Source of the DNA: an uncultured Acidobacteriota bacterium
GTDB taxonomy: Bacteria; Acidobacteriota; Polarisedimenticolia; J045
NCBI GenBank assembly: GCA_963702425.1
Contig: CAVPCQ010000012.1
Coordinates: 160,001 to 224,000 of the forward strand
DNA length: 64,000 bases
Reading direction: 5' to 3'
Below are positions 1 through 11,665 of this stretch, piece by piece. Position numbers and translations under genes: made by a program. The notes beneath the pieces were generated by a model. The model worked only from the letters and a program-made list of their open reading frames with translations, had not been told where the DNA came from and did no database searches. Position 1 is the first letter of the stretch, and each line of letters begins with the position of its first letter.

Positions 1-1
1 G

Positions 2-409
2 AACTACCCGATCGCGCTCGAGGGGGCGCTGAAGCTCAAGGAGATCTCCTACATCCACGCCGAGGGGTACCCGGCCGGCGAGATGAAGCACGGCCCGATC
101 GCGCTGATCGACGAGCAGCTCCCGGTCGTGGCGCTGGCCCCGCAGGACGCGGTGTTCGAGAAGATGCTCTCCAACATGGAAGAGGTGAAGGCGCGCGGCG
201 GGACGCTGATCGTCGTCACTAGCGAGGGCATGGAGAAGCACCTCGCGGGCAAGGCCGACCACGTCCTGGCCGTGCCGCCGGCGCCGGAGTTCATCACCCC
301 GGCGCTGCTGGTCGTCCCGCTGCAGCTTCTGGCCTACCACATCGCGCTGCTCCGCGGCTGCGACGTCGACCAGCCCCGGAACCTCGCCAAGTCGGTCACG
401 GTCGAATGA
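2..409 (+). CDS. glmS: Glutamine--fructose-6-phosphate aminotransferase, C-terminal part (truncated by window edge)
   Basis: Frame from nt 2 reads [35 protein letters not shown]...[15 protein letters not shown], the canonical GlmS C-terminus. Confidence 0.97.
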   Translation, partial: NYPIALEGALKLKEISYIHAEGYPAGEMKHGPIALIDEQLPVVALAPQDAVFEKMLSNMEEVKARGGTLIVVTSEGMEKHLAGKADHVLAVPPAPEFITPALLVVPLQLLAYHIALLRGCDVDQPRNLAKSVTVE

Positions 410-412
410 CGC

Positions 413-446
413 GCAGGCCGGGGCGACCCTGGTCGCCGCGGCCTGC
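413..446. terminator. GC-rich hairpin after glmS (possible terminator or mRNA-stabilising stem)
   Basis: GCAGGCCGGGGCGACC-CT-GGTCGCCGCGGCCTGC inverted repeat directly after the stop; no U-tract. Confidence 0.4.
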
Positions 447-453
447 ACCGCCC

Positions 454-479
454 GTAGGGGCCGGCCTCCGTGCCGGCCC
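454..479 (+). repeat. GTAG-family REP element, single copy
   Basis: GTAG-GGGCCGGC-CTCCGT-GCCGGCCC; identical or near-identical copies at 30433, 31986, 32088(-), 44298, 44345(-). Confidence 0.9.
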
Positions 480-506
480 GAACATCGGGCTGCGCCCGTC
501 GCGCCG

Positions 507-571
507 GCGCAACCGTCCATCCCCCGCGCGCAACCGTCCGCGACGGGACCCGCCCGCCGGGCGCGTAGAAT
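507..571 (+). promoter_or_regulatory. Promoter with tandem activator sites (12-bp direct repeat, 21-bp period) and -10 TAGAAT
   Basis: GCGCAACCGTCC at 507-518 and 528-539; TAGAAT at 566-571; GGAGG RBS before ATG 609. Confidence 0.5.
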
Positions 572-608
572 CGGAGTATCCGCCAACTCACCGGCGGGGA
601 GGTTCCCG

Positions 609-3600
609 ATGGCCCGTCACCCGATTCCCGTCGCGGCGTCTCGCGCGCTCGCCCTGCTCGCCGCCTGCCTCTTCCCTGCGTTCCCCGCTGACTCGAGCAC
701 GACGCGCGTCCACGGCTCGGTCGTCAAGGCCGACGGCACGCCGGTCGCCGGCGCGCTGGTCGTGGCGCGGCCGAAAGAACTCCCCAAGCCGCCCGAAGCC
801 GAGGTCACGGGCGACGCGACCGCCAAGCCGGTCCGCCTTCCCGAGATCAAGACCGGCGCCGACGGCCGGTTCTCGCTCGAGGTCGCCGGCTTGCCGCCGG
901 TCACACTGCGGGTCGAGGCCGCGGGGTACGCCACCGTGGTCCGCAAGGATCTCCCCGGGGACCAGCCGGTGACGGTGACGCTGGAGGCCGGGCTCGCCCT
1001 CGCGGGCCAGGTCTTCGACCGCAAGACGGGACGCCCCCTGGCGAAGGCCGAGATCGAGGCCGCCGGGAGCGACGCCTCCGGCTTCTTCGACCCCGACGAC
1101 GCCAAGCGCTTCCGCGCCAGGACGACAGCCGACGCCCAGGGCCGCTTCCGCTTCGCCAGCCTCTCGCCCGACTACTACTCCGTCTACGCCTCCGCGCCCG
1201 GCTTCCGCACCGCCTCGCGCGACCGCGTCGGCGTCGGGCTGGGCACGGCCCCTGCGGATCTCTTTCTCTACCTCAAGCCCGGGATCGTGATCCCGGGCGG
1301 CGTGGCCGGCAAGGACGGCAAGCCGATCGCCAAGGCGCGCGTCTCCGTCCGCCCCTCCGGCGGCTTCCCGAGCAACCTCGCCGACTGGACGGGGGGCGGC
1401 GAGTTCGTCGCAACGACCGACGACAAGGGGGCGTTCGAGCTCACCGGCGTGCCCCCTGCACAGGCCTACCTGCTCGAGGTGAGACACGACGACTTCGCGA
1501 CGGCGTGGCTCGACGGCGTGCGCGTCACCGACGGCCGGAGGGCCCCGCCGTCGACGATCACGCTCGACCGCGGTGTGGCGCTGACGGGCAAGTTGCTGGC
1601 CGGCGATCAGCCGTTCGACGGGAGGATCGGCGTCGAGGTGACCTACGAGTCGCCCGACGACTGGGCGGGGACGCGGCGCGCCGTCACTCGCAGCGGCCCG
1701 AAGGTGGTGTCGAAGGACGGGGCGTTCCGGATCGAGCGGCTGCCGACCGGGACCGCGACGATCGAAGTCGAGCCCAACGGCTATGCGCCGGTCAAGAAGG
1801 AGAAGGTCGTCCTGGAAGCCGAGCACGGCGCGGACGCGGGCACGCTGACGGTCGAGCGCGGGGCTGCCATCGCCGGGACGGTCGTCGACGAGGCCGGCAA
1901 GCCGGTCGCCGAGGCCGACGTCGCGACCCAGAGCCTGAGCATGACCGGCGGCTTCGTGCGCCGCGAGTGCACCACCGACGCCGAGGGGCGCTTCGCGCTC
2001 GCCGGGCTGCCGGCCGACCGGACCTACGAGGTCACCGCCGCGCACCGCGACTTCGCGTCCGCCTCGCAGAAGGAGCTCAAGACCGACGGCGACGCCGTGA
2101 CGCTGACGCTGCGCGCGAAGGGCTCGGGGACGGTGACCGGCCGCGTGACCGCGGGCGATCCTCCCATGCCGGTGGTCGGGCTCTACGTCGAAGCGGTCCC
2201 TAAGGGGGACGCGAGCCCGATGGGGATGCTGACCGCGCTCGGGATGGGGGTGGAGAAGCGCGCGATGCACGCCCCCGATGGCCGCTTCACGCTCGAGAAC
2301 GTCACCCCGGGCACGTACACCTTCAAGGTCACGGCCGAGGGCCTCGTGCCGGCGCGGATCGAGGAAAAGGAACTCGTCCCCGGCCAGCCGCTCGACCTGG
2401 GGGAGATCCGGCTCGACAAGGGGGCCACCGTGCAGGGCCTGGTCCTCGACAAGGGGAGCAAGGCGCCGGTCGGCGGTGCAGCGATCGCGATCGAGGAGGG
2501 CGGCGGCCTGGCCGGGATGATGAAGCAGATGGACCCGAACCAGCGTCCCGCCGCGACCACCGGGCCGGACGGCCGCTTCACGCTGAGCGGGATCGCGCCA
2601 GGCCAGCTCACGCTGCGGGCCGAGTCGGAGCGCTACGCGCCGACCAAGGCGACGCTCGACGTCCAGCCCGGCGTCCCGCTCGCCGATCTGACGGTCGATC
2701 TGGGGCCCGGCGGCGCCATCGAGGGGATCGTCCGCGACAAGAGCGGCCTGCCGCAGCCCAACTACATGGTCACCGCGACGACCGGATTCGGCGCCAACCT
2801 GCGGATGATCACCTCCACCGACGAGGTCGGACACTACAAGATCGACAACGTCCCACCCGGCGACTACATGGTCGTCAGCATGCCGAGCCCGCGCGGCGGG
2901 GGCGGCGAGAACGCCCAGGCCGAGATGATGAGCAAGATGCTGATGCAGTCGGTCAAGGTCGAGGAGGCACGCACGGCGGTGCTCAACTTCCCGGCCGGCG
3001 GCGGCGCGGCGATCACGGTCAAGGGGGTGGTGCGGCGCGGGCGCTCGCCGCTCGAATCGCGCGTCTTCTTCGTCAAGACCGACGCCGCCAACGCGGTCTC
3101 GGACCTGGCGACGACGCAGACCGGGGCCGACGGCAGCTTCGAGGTCCGCCTCGGCGGCGCGGGCGAGTACCGCGCGGCGGTCATGCCGATCGATACCAAG
3201 CCGGGCGACGTCGGGACGAGCGTGAAAGTCACGATCCCCGACGGCAAGGCGATCGTCGAGCAAGACCTGGTCCTCTCCGAGTCGGAGGTCACGGGCCAGG
3301 TGACCGACCTCGACGGCGGCCTGCCGCTCAAGGGGGCGCGCGTCGTCGCGGTGCAGGTCGATGAGGCCGGGGAAGTCGACGAGCGTACGACCTCCAGCGG
3401 CAGCGCGACGACCGACGAGGACGGGCGCTTCGTGGTGGCCGGGCTCGAGCCCGGGGACTGGCGGCTGTCGGTGCTGAAGGACGGTTATGGCTCGGAGACG
3501 ATCGGGCCGCTCACGATCAAGCCCGACGCCAAACTCGAGGGGAAGAACGCGGGGCTGCGCACCGCCCGGCCGATGGTCTTCGTCGTCAGGGACGAGCAGG

Positions 3601-4121
3601 GGCAGCCGGTGCAGGGGGCGATGGTGCTGCGGGCCGACTTGGGGACCGCGGGGGCCGGGGTCGGGATGGACATGGGCAGCGACCTCGACGGCAGGGCCCA
3701 GGTCAAGCACCTCGCCGACGGGACCTACGACCTGGTCGTCGTCGCCTCCGGCTTCGCGCTCAAGGTGCTGCCGCGCGTGCCGGTCGGCGAGGAGGCGCCG
3801 AGGGAGATCCCGGTGAAGCTGCAGCGCGGCCAGCCGGTCACGGTGCGGGTCGTCGACAACGCCGGCAAGGGGGTCGGCGGGATGATGGTCGCGGTGAAGG
3901 ATGCGTCCGGCCTCGACCTCAGCTCGATGCTGGTCCTGCAGCGGATCTTCTCGCAGGAGGGGTACAGCCTCGGGACCGACGCCTCCGGCACCGCGAAGCT
4001 CACCGCGCTCGAGACCGGCAAGTACGAGTTCACCTTCAAGCGCGGCAAAGACGTCGTCACGCGGCAGGCGGTCAAGGTGAAGGCCGGCGAGCCGACGACG
4101 GTCGAGGTGAAGCTGCCGTAG
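609..4121 (+). CDS. Large secreted protein with multiple carboxypeptidase-regulatory-like beta-sandwich repeats
   Basis: Signal peptide; about 11 repeats of the G-x-V-x-D-xx-G-x-P-V-xx-A...T-xxx-G-x-F...PG-x-Y pattern; no catalytic motif recognised. Confidence 0.85.
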   Translation: MARHPIPVAASRALALLAACLFPAFPADSSTTRVHGSVVKADGTPVAGALVVARPKELPKPPEAEVTGDATAKPVRLPEIKTGADGRFSLEVAGLPPVTLRVEAAGYATVVRKDLPGDQPVTVTLEAGLALAGQVFDRKTGRPLAKAEIEAAGSDASGFFDPDDAKRFRARTTADAQGRFRFASLSPDYYSVYASAPGFRTASRDRVGVGLGTAPADLFLYLKPGIVIPGGVAGKDGKPIAKARVSVRPSGGFPSNLADWTGGGEFVATTDDKGAFELTGVPPAQAYLLEVRHDDFATAWLDGVRVTDGRRAPPSTITLDRGVALTGKLLAGDQPFDGRIGVEVTYESPDDWAGTRRAVTRSGPKVVSKDGAFRIERLPTGTATIEVEPNGYAPVKKEKVVLEAEHGADAGTLTVERGAAIAGTVVDEAGKPVAEADVATQSLSMTGGFVRRECTTDAEGRFALAGLPADRTYEVTAAHRDFASASQKELKTDGDAVTLTLRAKGSGTVTGRVTAGDPPMPVVGLYVEAVPKGDASPMGMLTALGMGVEKRAMHAPDGRFTLENVTPGTYTFKVTAEGLVPARIEEKELVPGQPLDLGEIRLDKGATVQGLVLDKGSKAPVGGAAIAIEEGGGLAGMMKQMDPNQRPAATTGPDGRFTLSGIAPGQLTLRAESERYAPTKATLDVQPGVPLADLTVDLGPGGAIEGIVRDKSGLPQPNYMVTATTGFGANLRMITSTDEVGHYKIDNVPPGDYMVVSMPSPRGGGGENAQAEMMSKMLMQSVKVEEARTAVLNFPAGGGAAITVKGVVRRGRSPLESRVFFVKTDAANAVSDLATTQTGADGSFEVRLGGAGEYRAAVMPIDTKPGDVGTSVKVTIPDGKAIVEQDLVLSESEVTGQVTDLDGGLPLKGARVVAVQVDEAGEVDERTTSSGSATTDEDGRFVVAGLEPGDWRLSVLKDGYGSETIGPLTIKPDAKLEGKNAGLRTARPMVFVVRDEQGQPVQGAMVLRADLGTAGAGVGMDMGSDLDGRAQVKHLADGTYDLVVVASGFALKVLPRVPVGEEAPREIPVKLQRGQPVTVRVVDNAGKGVGGMMVAVKDASGLDLSSMLVLQRIFSQEGYSLGTDASGTAKLTALETGKYEFTFKRGKDVVTRQAVKVKAGEPTTVEVKLP

Positions 4122-4195
4122 CGGCGGAGCCGGGCCGGGTCCCGGTCCCGGCGTGGCCACCCTGCTTGCGGCGCCCGACCGATCGGATCCCCCCG

Positions 4196-4708
4196 TCACG
4201 ATGCCCGGATCCGTTGCGAGGGCGGCGCAGCACCGCGGGCTGCCGCCAGCGATTCGTAGCGTCCCCCGAAGAAGAGCAGAGGATCCTCTCGGTCCCCAGC
4301 CCCGACCGCCTCCACGGCCGCCACGACGATCGTGTGATCGCCCGCCGCGTGGGCGGCCACGAGCGCGCAGTCGAGGTGTGCGAGACATCCCCGAAGGACC
4401 GGCGTGGCGCCTCGCGAGACGTCGTGGGAGAGGCGAGTCGTTCCGTCGCGTCCACGCCCCGCGAAGTGGTCTGCCAGGTCCTGCTGGTCGCGTGACAGGA
4501 CGTTGACGCAGAAGCGCGAAGCACGGAGCAGCGCGTCGTGGATGCGCGCGTGTCGCGCGATGCAGACCAGGATCAGCGGCGGGTGGAGCGACACCGAGGT
4601 GAAGGAGTTCACGGTAATGCCACGCACGTCCCCCTCCGTCTCCAGCGTGAGCACCGCAACGCCGGTTGCCCACGCCCGCATCGCGGTCCTGAAGTCGATA
4701 GCCATCAT
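4196..4708 (-). CDS. Flavin reductase (HpaC/DIM6-NTAB family)
   Basis: FRTAMRAWATGVAV...GITVNSFTSVSLHPPLIL...AGDHTIVV...PLLFFGGRY; GGAGG RBS upstream of ATG 4708. Confidence 0.92.
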   Translation of the reverse strand: MMAIDFRTAMRAWATGVAVLTLETEGDVRGITVNSFTSVSLHPPLILVCIARHARIHDALLRASRFCVNVLSRDQQDLADHFAGRGRDGTTRLSHDVSRGATPVLRGCLAHLDCALVAAHAAGDHTIVVAAVEAVGAGDREDPLLFFGGRYESLAAARGAAPPSQRIRAS

Positions 4709-4728
4709 CCGTGCCTCCTCCCGGGGCG

Positions 4729-5871
4729 TCACCGCCCCTCTTCGATCTCGAGTCCGAGCAGCAGGCCGCCGGTGAACCGGAGCTGTGCCGCTTCCTGCAG
4801 CGGGTGAAAGCGGGCGGCCTGCACGTCGCGGAAGAGCCGCTCGATCACTGAACCGCGGTAGAACGCCTGTCCCCCCGCGATCATGAGGGCCCGCTCGACG
4901 GTCTCGATGGCGAAGCGCGCCGCGAGGGTGCGGCCGATCATCACGTCGCTCGTCGCTTCGCGGCCCGGCTCGCGTGTCGTGGCCAGCGCCAGCATCTGCT
5001 CGAGCGCCATCCGCGCACCGGCCAGCGCGTTTTCCATCTCGCCGACGCGCAGGGGCAGGCCGGGATCGCCCCGCCGCACGACCGCGAGCGCCGTGTCGCG
5101 TGCGCACTCGGCGATCCCGACATACACCGCCGAGATCAGCGGCAGGGCGAGCAGGCCGATGACGTGGTAGAGGTGGTGCCACCGCCCGGCGGGGCGACGG
5201 GTTCCGACGGCGCCGTCCGGGACGAACACGCCGTCCAGCCGGATGTCGTGCGACCCCGTTCCGCGCATGCCGAGGGTGTGCCAGGTGTCGAGGATCCGGA
5301 CCCCCTCGGTACGGAGCGGCACCCCGAAGTGGAGCACCGTGGGGCCGTCGGCCGGGTCGTCGCAGAGGGCGGTCGTCATCAGTAGATCGCCGGCGGGTGC
5401 GCCGCTGACGAAGATCTTGCGCGCGGTGACCCGCCAGCCGCCGTCGGCGCGCTCGGCCGACCCGGACCCGGCGATCCAGTCGGACCCTCCGCTGGTGACG
5501 ACGACGAGCTGCTCGCCCGCCACGCGGCGCAGGAAGCCCTCGACGGGCGCGTGCTCGTGTCGCCAGCGCCAGGCCGCCGTGGCGACGACGTGCGTGTGCA
5601 TCGCCAGGGCGAGAGCGGTGGACGGGCAGCCGTGCGCGACGACGCGCAGCATCCCGGCCAGCTCGTGATAGGAGGCGTCGCCGCCCCCGAGTTCGCCGGG
5701 TACCGCGGCCGCGAACGCGCGGAGCTGCTTGAGCTCGGCGTAGTTGTCGGCGACGAACGAGTCGTCGGCATCGTGCCGGGCCGCGCGCACGGCGAAGGAC
5801 GGGACGAGGTCCCGCGCGATGGCAACCCAGTCGAGCCGCCCGCGGGTCGTGGGGTCGATCGTTGAGCTCAT
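4729..5871 (-). CDS. Acyl-CoA dehydrogenase-fold protein, probably a flavin-dependent monooxygenase oxygenase subunit
   Basis: VPGELGGG, K-I-F-V-SG, W-x-TLGMRGTGSHD, IERLFRD motifs; directly upstream of a flavin reductase. Confidence 0.88.
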   Translation of the reverse strand: MSSTIDPTTRGRLDWVAIARDLVPSFAVRAARHDADDSFVADNYAELKQLRAFAAAVPGELGGGDASYHELAGMLRVVAHGCPSTALALAMHTHVVATAAWRWRHEHAPVEGFLRRVAGEQLVVVTSGGSDWIAGSGSAERADGGWRVTARKIFVSGAPAGDLLMTTALCDDPADGPTVLHFGVPLRTEGVRILDTWHTLGMRGTGSHDIRLDGVFVPDGAVGTRRPAGRWHHLYHVIGLLALPLISAVYVGIAECARDTALAVVRRGDPGLPLRVGEMENALAGARMALEQMLALATTREPGREATSDVMIGRTLAARFAIETVERALMIAGGQAFYRGSVIERLFRDVQAARFHPLQEAAQLRFTGGLLLGLEIEEGR

Positions 5872-5993
5872 CGGCTTCGCTCCTTGGGGCCCCGCTCGTC
5901 GGACGGGACGCGGGGGAAGCGGTTCCTGGCGTCACCCGGGAGATGCGGCGCGGTCCCGGCGACGGCGACGGGAATGCCAAAACGGTATGTCAT
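5868..5993 (-). CDS. Possible 41-aa leader ORF or gene remnant (MTYRFGIPVAVAG...)
   Basis: GGAGG RBS about 8 nt upstream of the ATG; stop overlaps the ACAD start (ATGA); no family recognised. Confidence 0.3.
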   Translation of the reverse strand: MTYRFGIPVAVAGTAPHLPGDARNRFPRVPSDERGPKERSR

Positions 5994-6055
5994 GCGGCTG
6001 TCCTCCCGTGCGGCGACACGATCCGGCGTTCTGCTCATCGCCATGCACGGGATCG

Positions 6056-6168
6056 ACTCTAGTAACGACGGACGGGTTGCTCCATGCTCCAGCGTCCGGT
6101 ATCCATGACGGAGCTGCCGGCGATCGCGCCAGGACGCCCGATCGTCCGGCCTGGCTGCTCGATCGTCC
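6056..6168 (-). promoter_or_regulatory. Putative AraC operator boxes and -10 for the monooxygenase operon
   Basis: Minus-strand GGACGATCGAGCA (6156-6168), GGACGATCGGGCG (6135-6147; 21-bp period) and GGACGCTGGAGCA (6085-6097, next to the expected -35); -10 TAGAGT at 6061-6056. Confidence 0.55.
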
Positions 6169-6186
6169 GACGATCCAGGTGACGAA

Positions 6187-7185
6187 ATGGCCTCCGATAC
6201 GCTCTCCGATGTGCTCGACGCCATCCGCCTGAGCGGAGCTGTCTTCTTCTCGGTCGAGGCGTCGGCTCCGTGGGTCGCGGAAGCGCCTCCCGCGGCGGTG
6301 CTGGCCCCCATGGTCATGCCGGGAGCCGAGCACGTCGTGGAGTATCACGTCGTGGCGCGCGGGTCTGCGTGGGGCGGGATCGTGGGCGGCGAGGCGGTGC
6401 TGCTCCATGCGGGCGACGTCATCGTGTTCCCGCAGGGCGACGCGCATGCGATGTCCAGCTCTCCTGGAATGCGCGCCGAGCCGCAACTGTCCCTGCACCG
6501 GCGAGTTCCCGGCATGCAACTCCCCTTCCCGCTGGTCCTCGGGGCTGGCACCCGACGGGAAGTGCATGTCGTGTGCGGATTCCTCGGGTGCGATGCGCGA
6601 CCATTCAACCCGCTGCTCGCCGCTCTGCCGAGGATGCTTGTCGTGCGCGGGGAACGCGGCGGCGGCGTGGACTGGCTCGAGCAGTTCGTCCGGATCGCGG
6701 TTGCCGAGTCGACCCGGAAGCGGCTCGGTGGCGAATGCGTGCTGGCCCGGCTGTCCGAGCTGATGTTCGTCGAGATCCTGCGGCGCCACCTGTCGTCGTT
6801 GCCCGAGGGGGAGCGCGGCTGGCTCGCGGGGCTTCGCGATCCCGTCGTCGGGCGGGCGCTCGGCCTGCTCCACGGGCAGCCGGCAGCGGCCTGGTCGCTT
6901 GAGGACCTGGCGCGCGAGGTGGGCGCTTCGCGATCGTCGTTCGCGGATCGCTTCGCGCAGTTCGTCGGGCAGCCCCCGATGCAATACCTGGCTCGCTGGC
7001 GCATGCAGGTCGCCGCAGGACTGCTCGCACGCGGCACTGCGAGCGTCGCCGAGGTGGCGGCAAAGGTGGGATACGACTCCGAGGCGGCGTTCAGCCGCGC
7101 TTTCAAGAAGCACGTCGGCACGGCGCCCGGGGAATGGCGCAGGGACCGCTCGCGCCGCGCACCGGAGGACATCCGGGCGCAGTGA
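6187..7185 (+). CDS. AraC-family transcriptional regulator (cupin + HTH)
   Basis: N-terminal DTLSDVLDAIRLSG cupin; C-terminal WSLEDLAREVGASRSSFADRF...VGYDSEAAFSRAFKKHVG. Confidence 0.95.
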   Translation: MASDTLSDVLDAIRLSGAVFFSVEASAPWVAEAPPAAVLAPMVMPGAEHVVEYHVVARGSAWGGIVGGEAVLLHAGDVIVFPQGDAHAMSSSPGMRAEPQLSLHRRVPGMQLPFPLVLGAGTRREVHVVCGFLGCDARPFNPLLAALPRMLVVRGERGGGVDWLEQFVRIAVAESTRKRLGGECVLARLSELMFVEILRRHLSSLPEGERGWLAGLRDPVVGRALGLLHGQPAAAWSLEDLAREVGASRSSFADRFAQFVGQPPMQYLARWRMQVAAGLLARGTASVAEVAAKVGYDSEAAFSRAFKKHVGTAPGEWRRDRSRRAPEDIRAQ

Positions 7186-7324
7186 GGCGCGGCCTGGTCG
7201 CTTGCCAGGGCCCGGGCAGCCGGGGCCGCGATGACGCCGGGGGGCGCACATTCGATCCGCGGCGCGAGGCTGTGGCACAATCCCCCGCCCTTTCCCGCCC
7301 GCTTCCGCCGGAGACGCTGCCCCC

Positions 7325-9618
<2,294 letters not shown>

Positions 9619-9713
9619 CGGCCGTCAAGGCGCCGTCGCTCGCTCGAACTCCGGCCGCACGCCGTCAAAGCCCCTTCGACCCGCCTTCACGACCGTGGTA
9701 CGGTTCCGGCGCG

Positions 9714-10062
9714 ATGAGAACGGTGACCGAGCAGGATCCGATTTCCCTGCGACGAATTGCGTCGCATGGCGACCGACCGCTTCGGAGATCTGGTGAAGGC
9801 CGTGGTCGACCTCGGCCGGAGGATCATGGTCGTCGACGCCGAGCTTCACGCTGACGAGGAAGCCGAGCTCCTCGCCGGCGGCTCGCAACAGGGGAACCTC
9901 TGGGGCGTCAATCTCTATCCTGACGTTCCCGGCAACGACTGGCTCGAGTTCGACTCGATGATCAACCTCCGCCCTTCGCGCGGCAATCGCTCGCGCAGTG
10001 TCGACGATCCGGCGACCCGAGAGGACATCACCGCCCTGGTGAACCGCCTGGTGCGTCGATGA
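9714..10062 (+). CDS. DUF5674 family protein (apparent +1 indel near 9750)
   Basis: FGDLVKAVVDL...DAELHADEEAELL..GSQQGNLWGVNLYP...EFDSMINLRPSRGNRSR; removing one C gives the N-terminus MRTVTEQDPISLDELRRMA from ATG 9714. Confidence 0.82.
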
Positions 10063-10436
10063 GCGAGGCCAAGCATGGGGAACTGGCTGCCGGGCGGTGG
10101 TGGACGCTCACCCTCGCCGAGCAGCTCGGCAACATCGGGAGCGAGGTCAGCCGGACGCTGAAGTGGCGATCACGGGACGCTGGAATCGCACAGGGCGCCC
10201 TGGAGCGCGCGCTGGAGCTGATCGAGCTCACGCTCGACGATCCGCGGCATCGCGCCTCCGCCGCCCGCCTGCGTGAGCTCTGCCGGATGCGCGAGGTGCT
10301 GCTGGACTACCTCGTCGGGGCCAACGAGTACGGCTCGACGGAGCGCGACCTGCAGCGCTACTTCGACGTCTTCGCCGCGGCCGCGACGAGGCGGCCGCGC
10401 GATGCGGACGGCGGGGAGGCGCCCCGGAAGGCGTGA
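10059..10436 (+). CDS. Conserved hypothetical helical protein coupled to DUF5674
   Basis: ATGA overlap; HGELAAGRWWTLTLAEQLGNIGSEVSR...LERALELIELT...RELCRMREVLLDY...YFDVFA. Confidence 0.78.
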   Translation: MSEAKHGELAAGRWWTLTLAEQLGNIGSEVSRTLKWRSRDAGIAQGALERALELIELTLDDPRHRASAARLRELCRMREVLLDYLVGANEYGSTERDLQRYFDVFAAAATRRPRDADGGEAPRKA

Positions 10437-10525
10437 CGGCCTATAGTCACCCGTCGTCTCTCGCCACGGGTCCGTTCCGGCCGCCAGGCAGGGCACCGCA
10501 CGACGAGCCGCGGCGCGCCGCCCTC

Positions 10526-11665
10526 CTACCTCCCGATCGTCGCCAGCAGCGCTTCCGCTTCCTTGTTGTGCGGCGACTGCCGCAGCGCGCGGTGCACTTG
10601 CCGCTCGGCGGCGTCGTAGTCGCCAAGCGCCATGTACGCCCGCGCCAGGCCGATCCGCGCCTGCACGAACTCCCGGTCCAGGTTCAGCGCGCGGCGGAAG
10701 GACTCGATCGCTTTCGCTGGCTCGTTCGGGAGCAGCGCCATCCCGCGGCGGTACTCCGGCACCGGGTCGCGCGCTCGTAGCGCGGCCCGCTTGACCTCCA
10801 TCTGCGCCGCAGCCTGTTCGTCCCCCCGCGCGCGCAGCACCCGGGCCAGGTTGCCGTACGGGGCGGCGTACTCGGGATCGAGGTCGATCGCCCGCCGGAA
10901 GAAGTTCGCGGCGGGCTCGAGCCGTCCCTGCCGCTCGTAGGCGACGCCCAGGTTGTTGGCCGCCCACGGGAGCTGCGGATCGAGCAGCACCGCGGCCTCG
11001 AAGTCTTCGGTCGCGGCCAGCAGGCTGTCCTTGCGCAGCTCCTGGTACCCCAGCGTGTTGTAGAAGCGCGCCATCGCCTCGAGGTCGGACAGCACGCGGT
11101 AGCGCGCGATCCCCGGCCCGACGCGGTCGAAGTCGTAGATCATCGTTTCCGTGCCCATCCCGAAGCCGGCGCAGATGTGCCGGTACTCGACGGTCAGCTC
11201 CCCTTCCGTTCCGTAGTCCCCCTTCTGCAGCGCCTCGACGTAGTAGACGCCGATCCCGAGCGAGCGCGCGAGGCCGATGTAGAGGTTCGTCAGGGAGAGG
11301 CAGTCGCCGCGGCGCTCGGCGAACGCCCCCTCGGCCGAGTAGGTGCGGTCGCGGTCGTACTCGAGCCCCAGCTCGGAGGGGTCGGTGAGCACGAGCGAGA
11401 GCTGGTCCAGGCGGCCCCACAGGCGTGTCTGGCCGACCGTCGCGTCGTGGGCCAGCTGCTGCAGCGAGCGGCTGATCTCGAAGGGGATGATGACGTGCTC
11501 GGCACGCTCGGGGCCAAGCCGCTCGCGCAGCTCGCGCCGCAGCTCCTCGGGGGTGAAGACGATCTTCGCCGGGCGCGTCGTGGCGCAGCCCGGAAGGAGC
11601 GCCAGCCCCAGCAGAACGGCGGCCGCCAGGGTGCCGCTCCACCTGGCGCCGTGGGTGGCCCACAT
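10526..11665 (-). CDS. Lipoprotein with transglutaminase-like domain and TPR repeats
   Basis: Lipobox LLPG-C; RRGDCLSLTNLY...HICA...YDF (Cys/His/Asp); C-terminal TPRs (ANNLGVAY, PYGNLARVL, ARIGLARAY). Confidence 0.85.
   Translation of the reverse strand: MWATHGARWSGTLAAAVLLGLALLPGCATTRPAKIVFTPEELRRELRERLGPERAEHVIIPFEISRSLQQLAHDATVGQTRLWGRLDQLSLVLTDPSELGLEYDRDRTYSAEGAFAERRGDCLSLTNLYIGLARSLGIGVYYVEALQKGDYGTEGELTVEYRHICAGFGMGTETMIYDFDRVGPGIARYRVLSDLEAMARFYNTLGYQELRKDSLLAATEDFEAAVLLDPQLPWAANNLGVAYERQGRLEPAANFFRRAIDLDPEYAAPYGNLARVLRARGDEQAAAQMEVKRAALRARDPVPEYRRGMALLPNEPAKAIESFRRALNLDREFVQARIGLARAYMALGDYDAAERQVHRALRQSPHNKEAEALLATIGR

Noticed and set aside
380-620. Tn7 insertion at attTn7 downstream of glmS (also checked after the second glmS at about 34600)
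   Set aside because: No TGT-ended Tn7 terminus, TnsB-box array or tns genes; only a hairpin and a REP follow
588-4673. Very long antisense or alternate-frame ORFs (e.g. 588-4673-, 33384-37859-, 28950-31979+, 54889-57768-, 11177-13744+)
   Set aside because: Arg/Pro/Gly-rich shadows of real genes, expected at this GC content; no motifs
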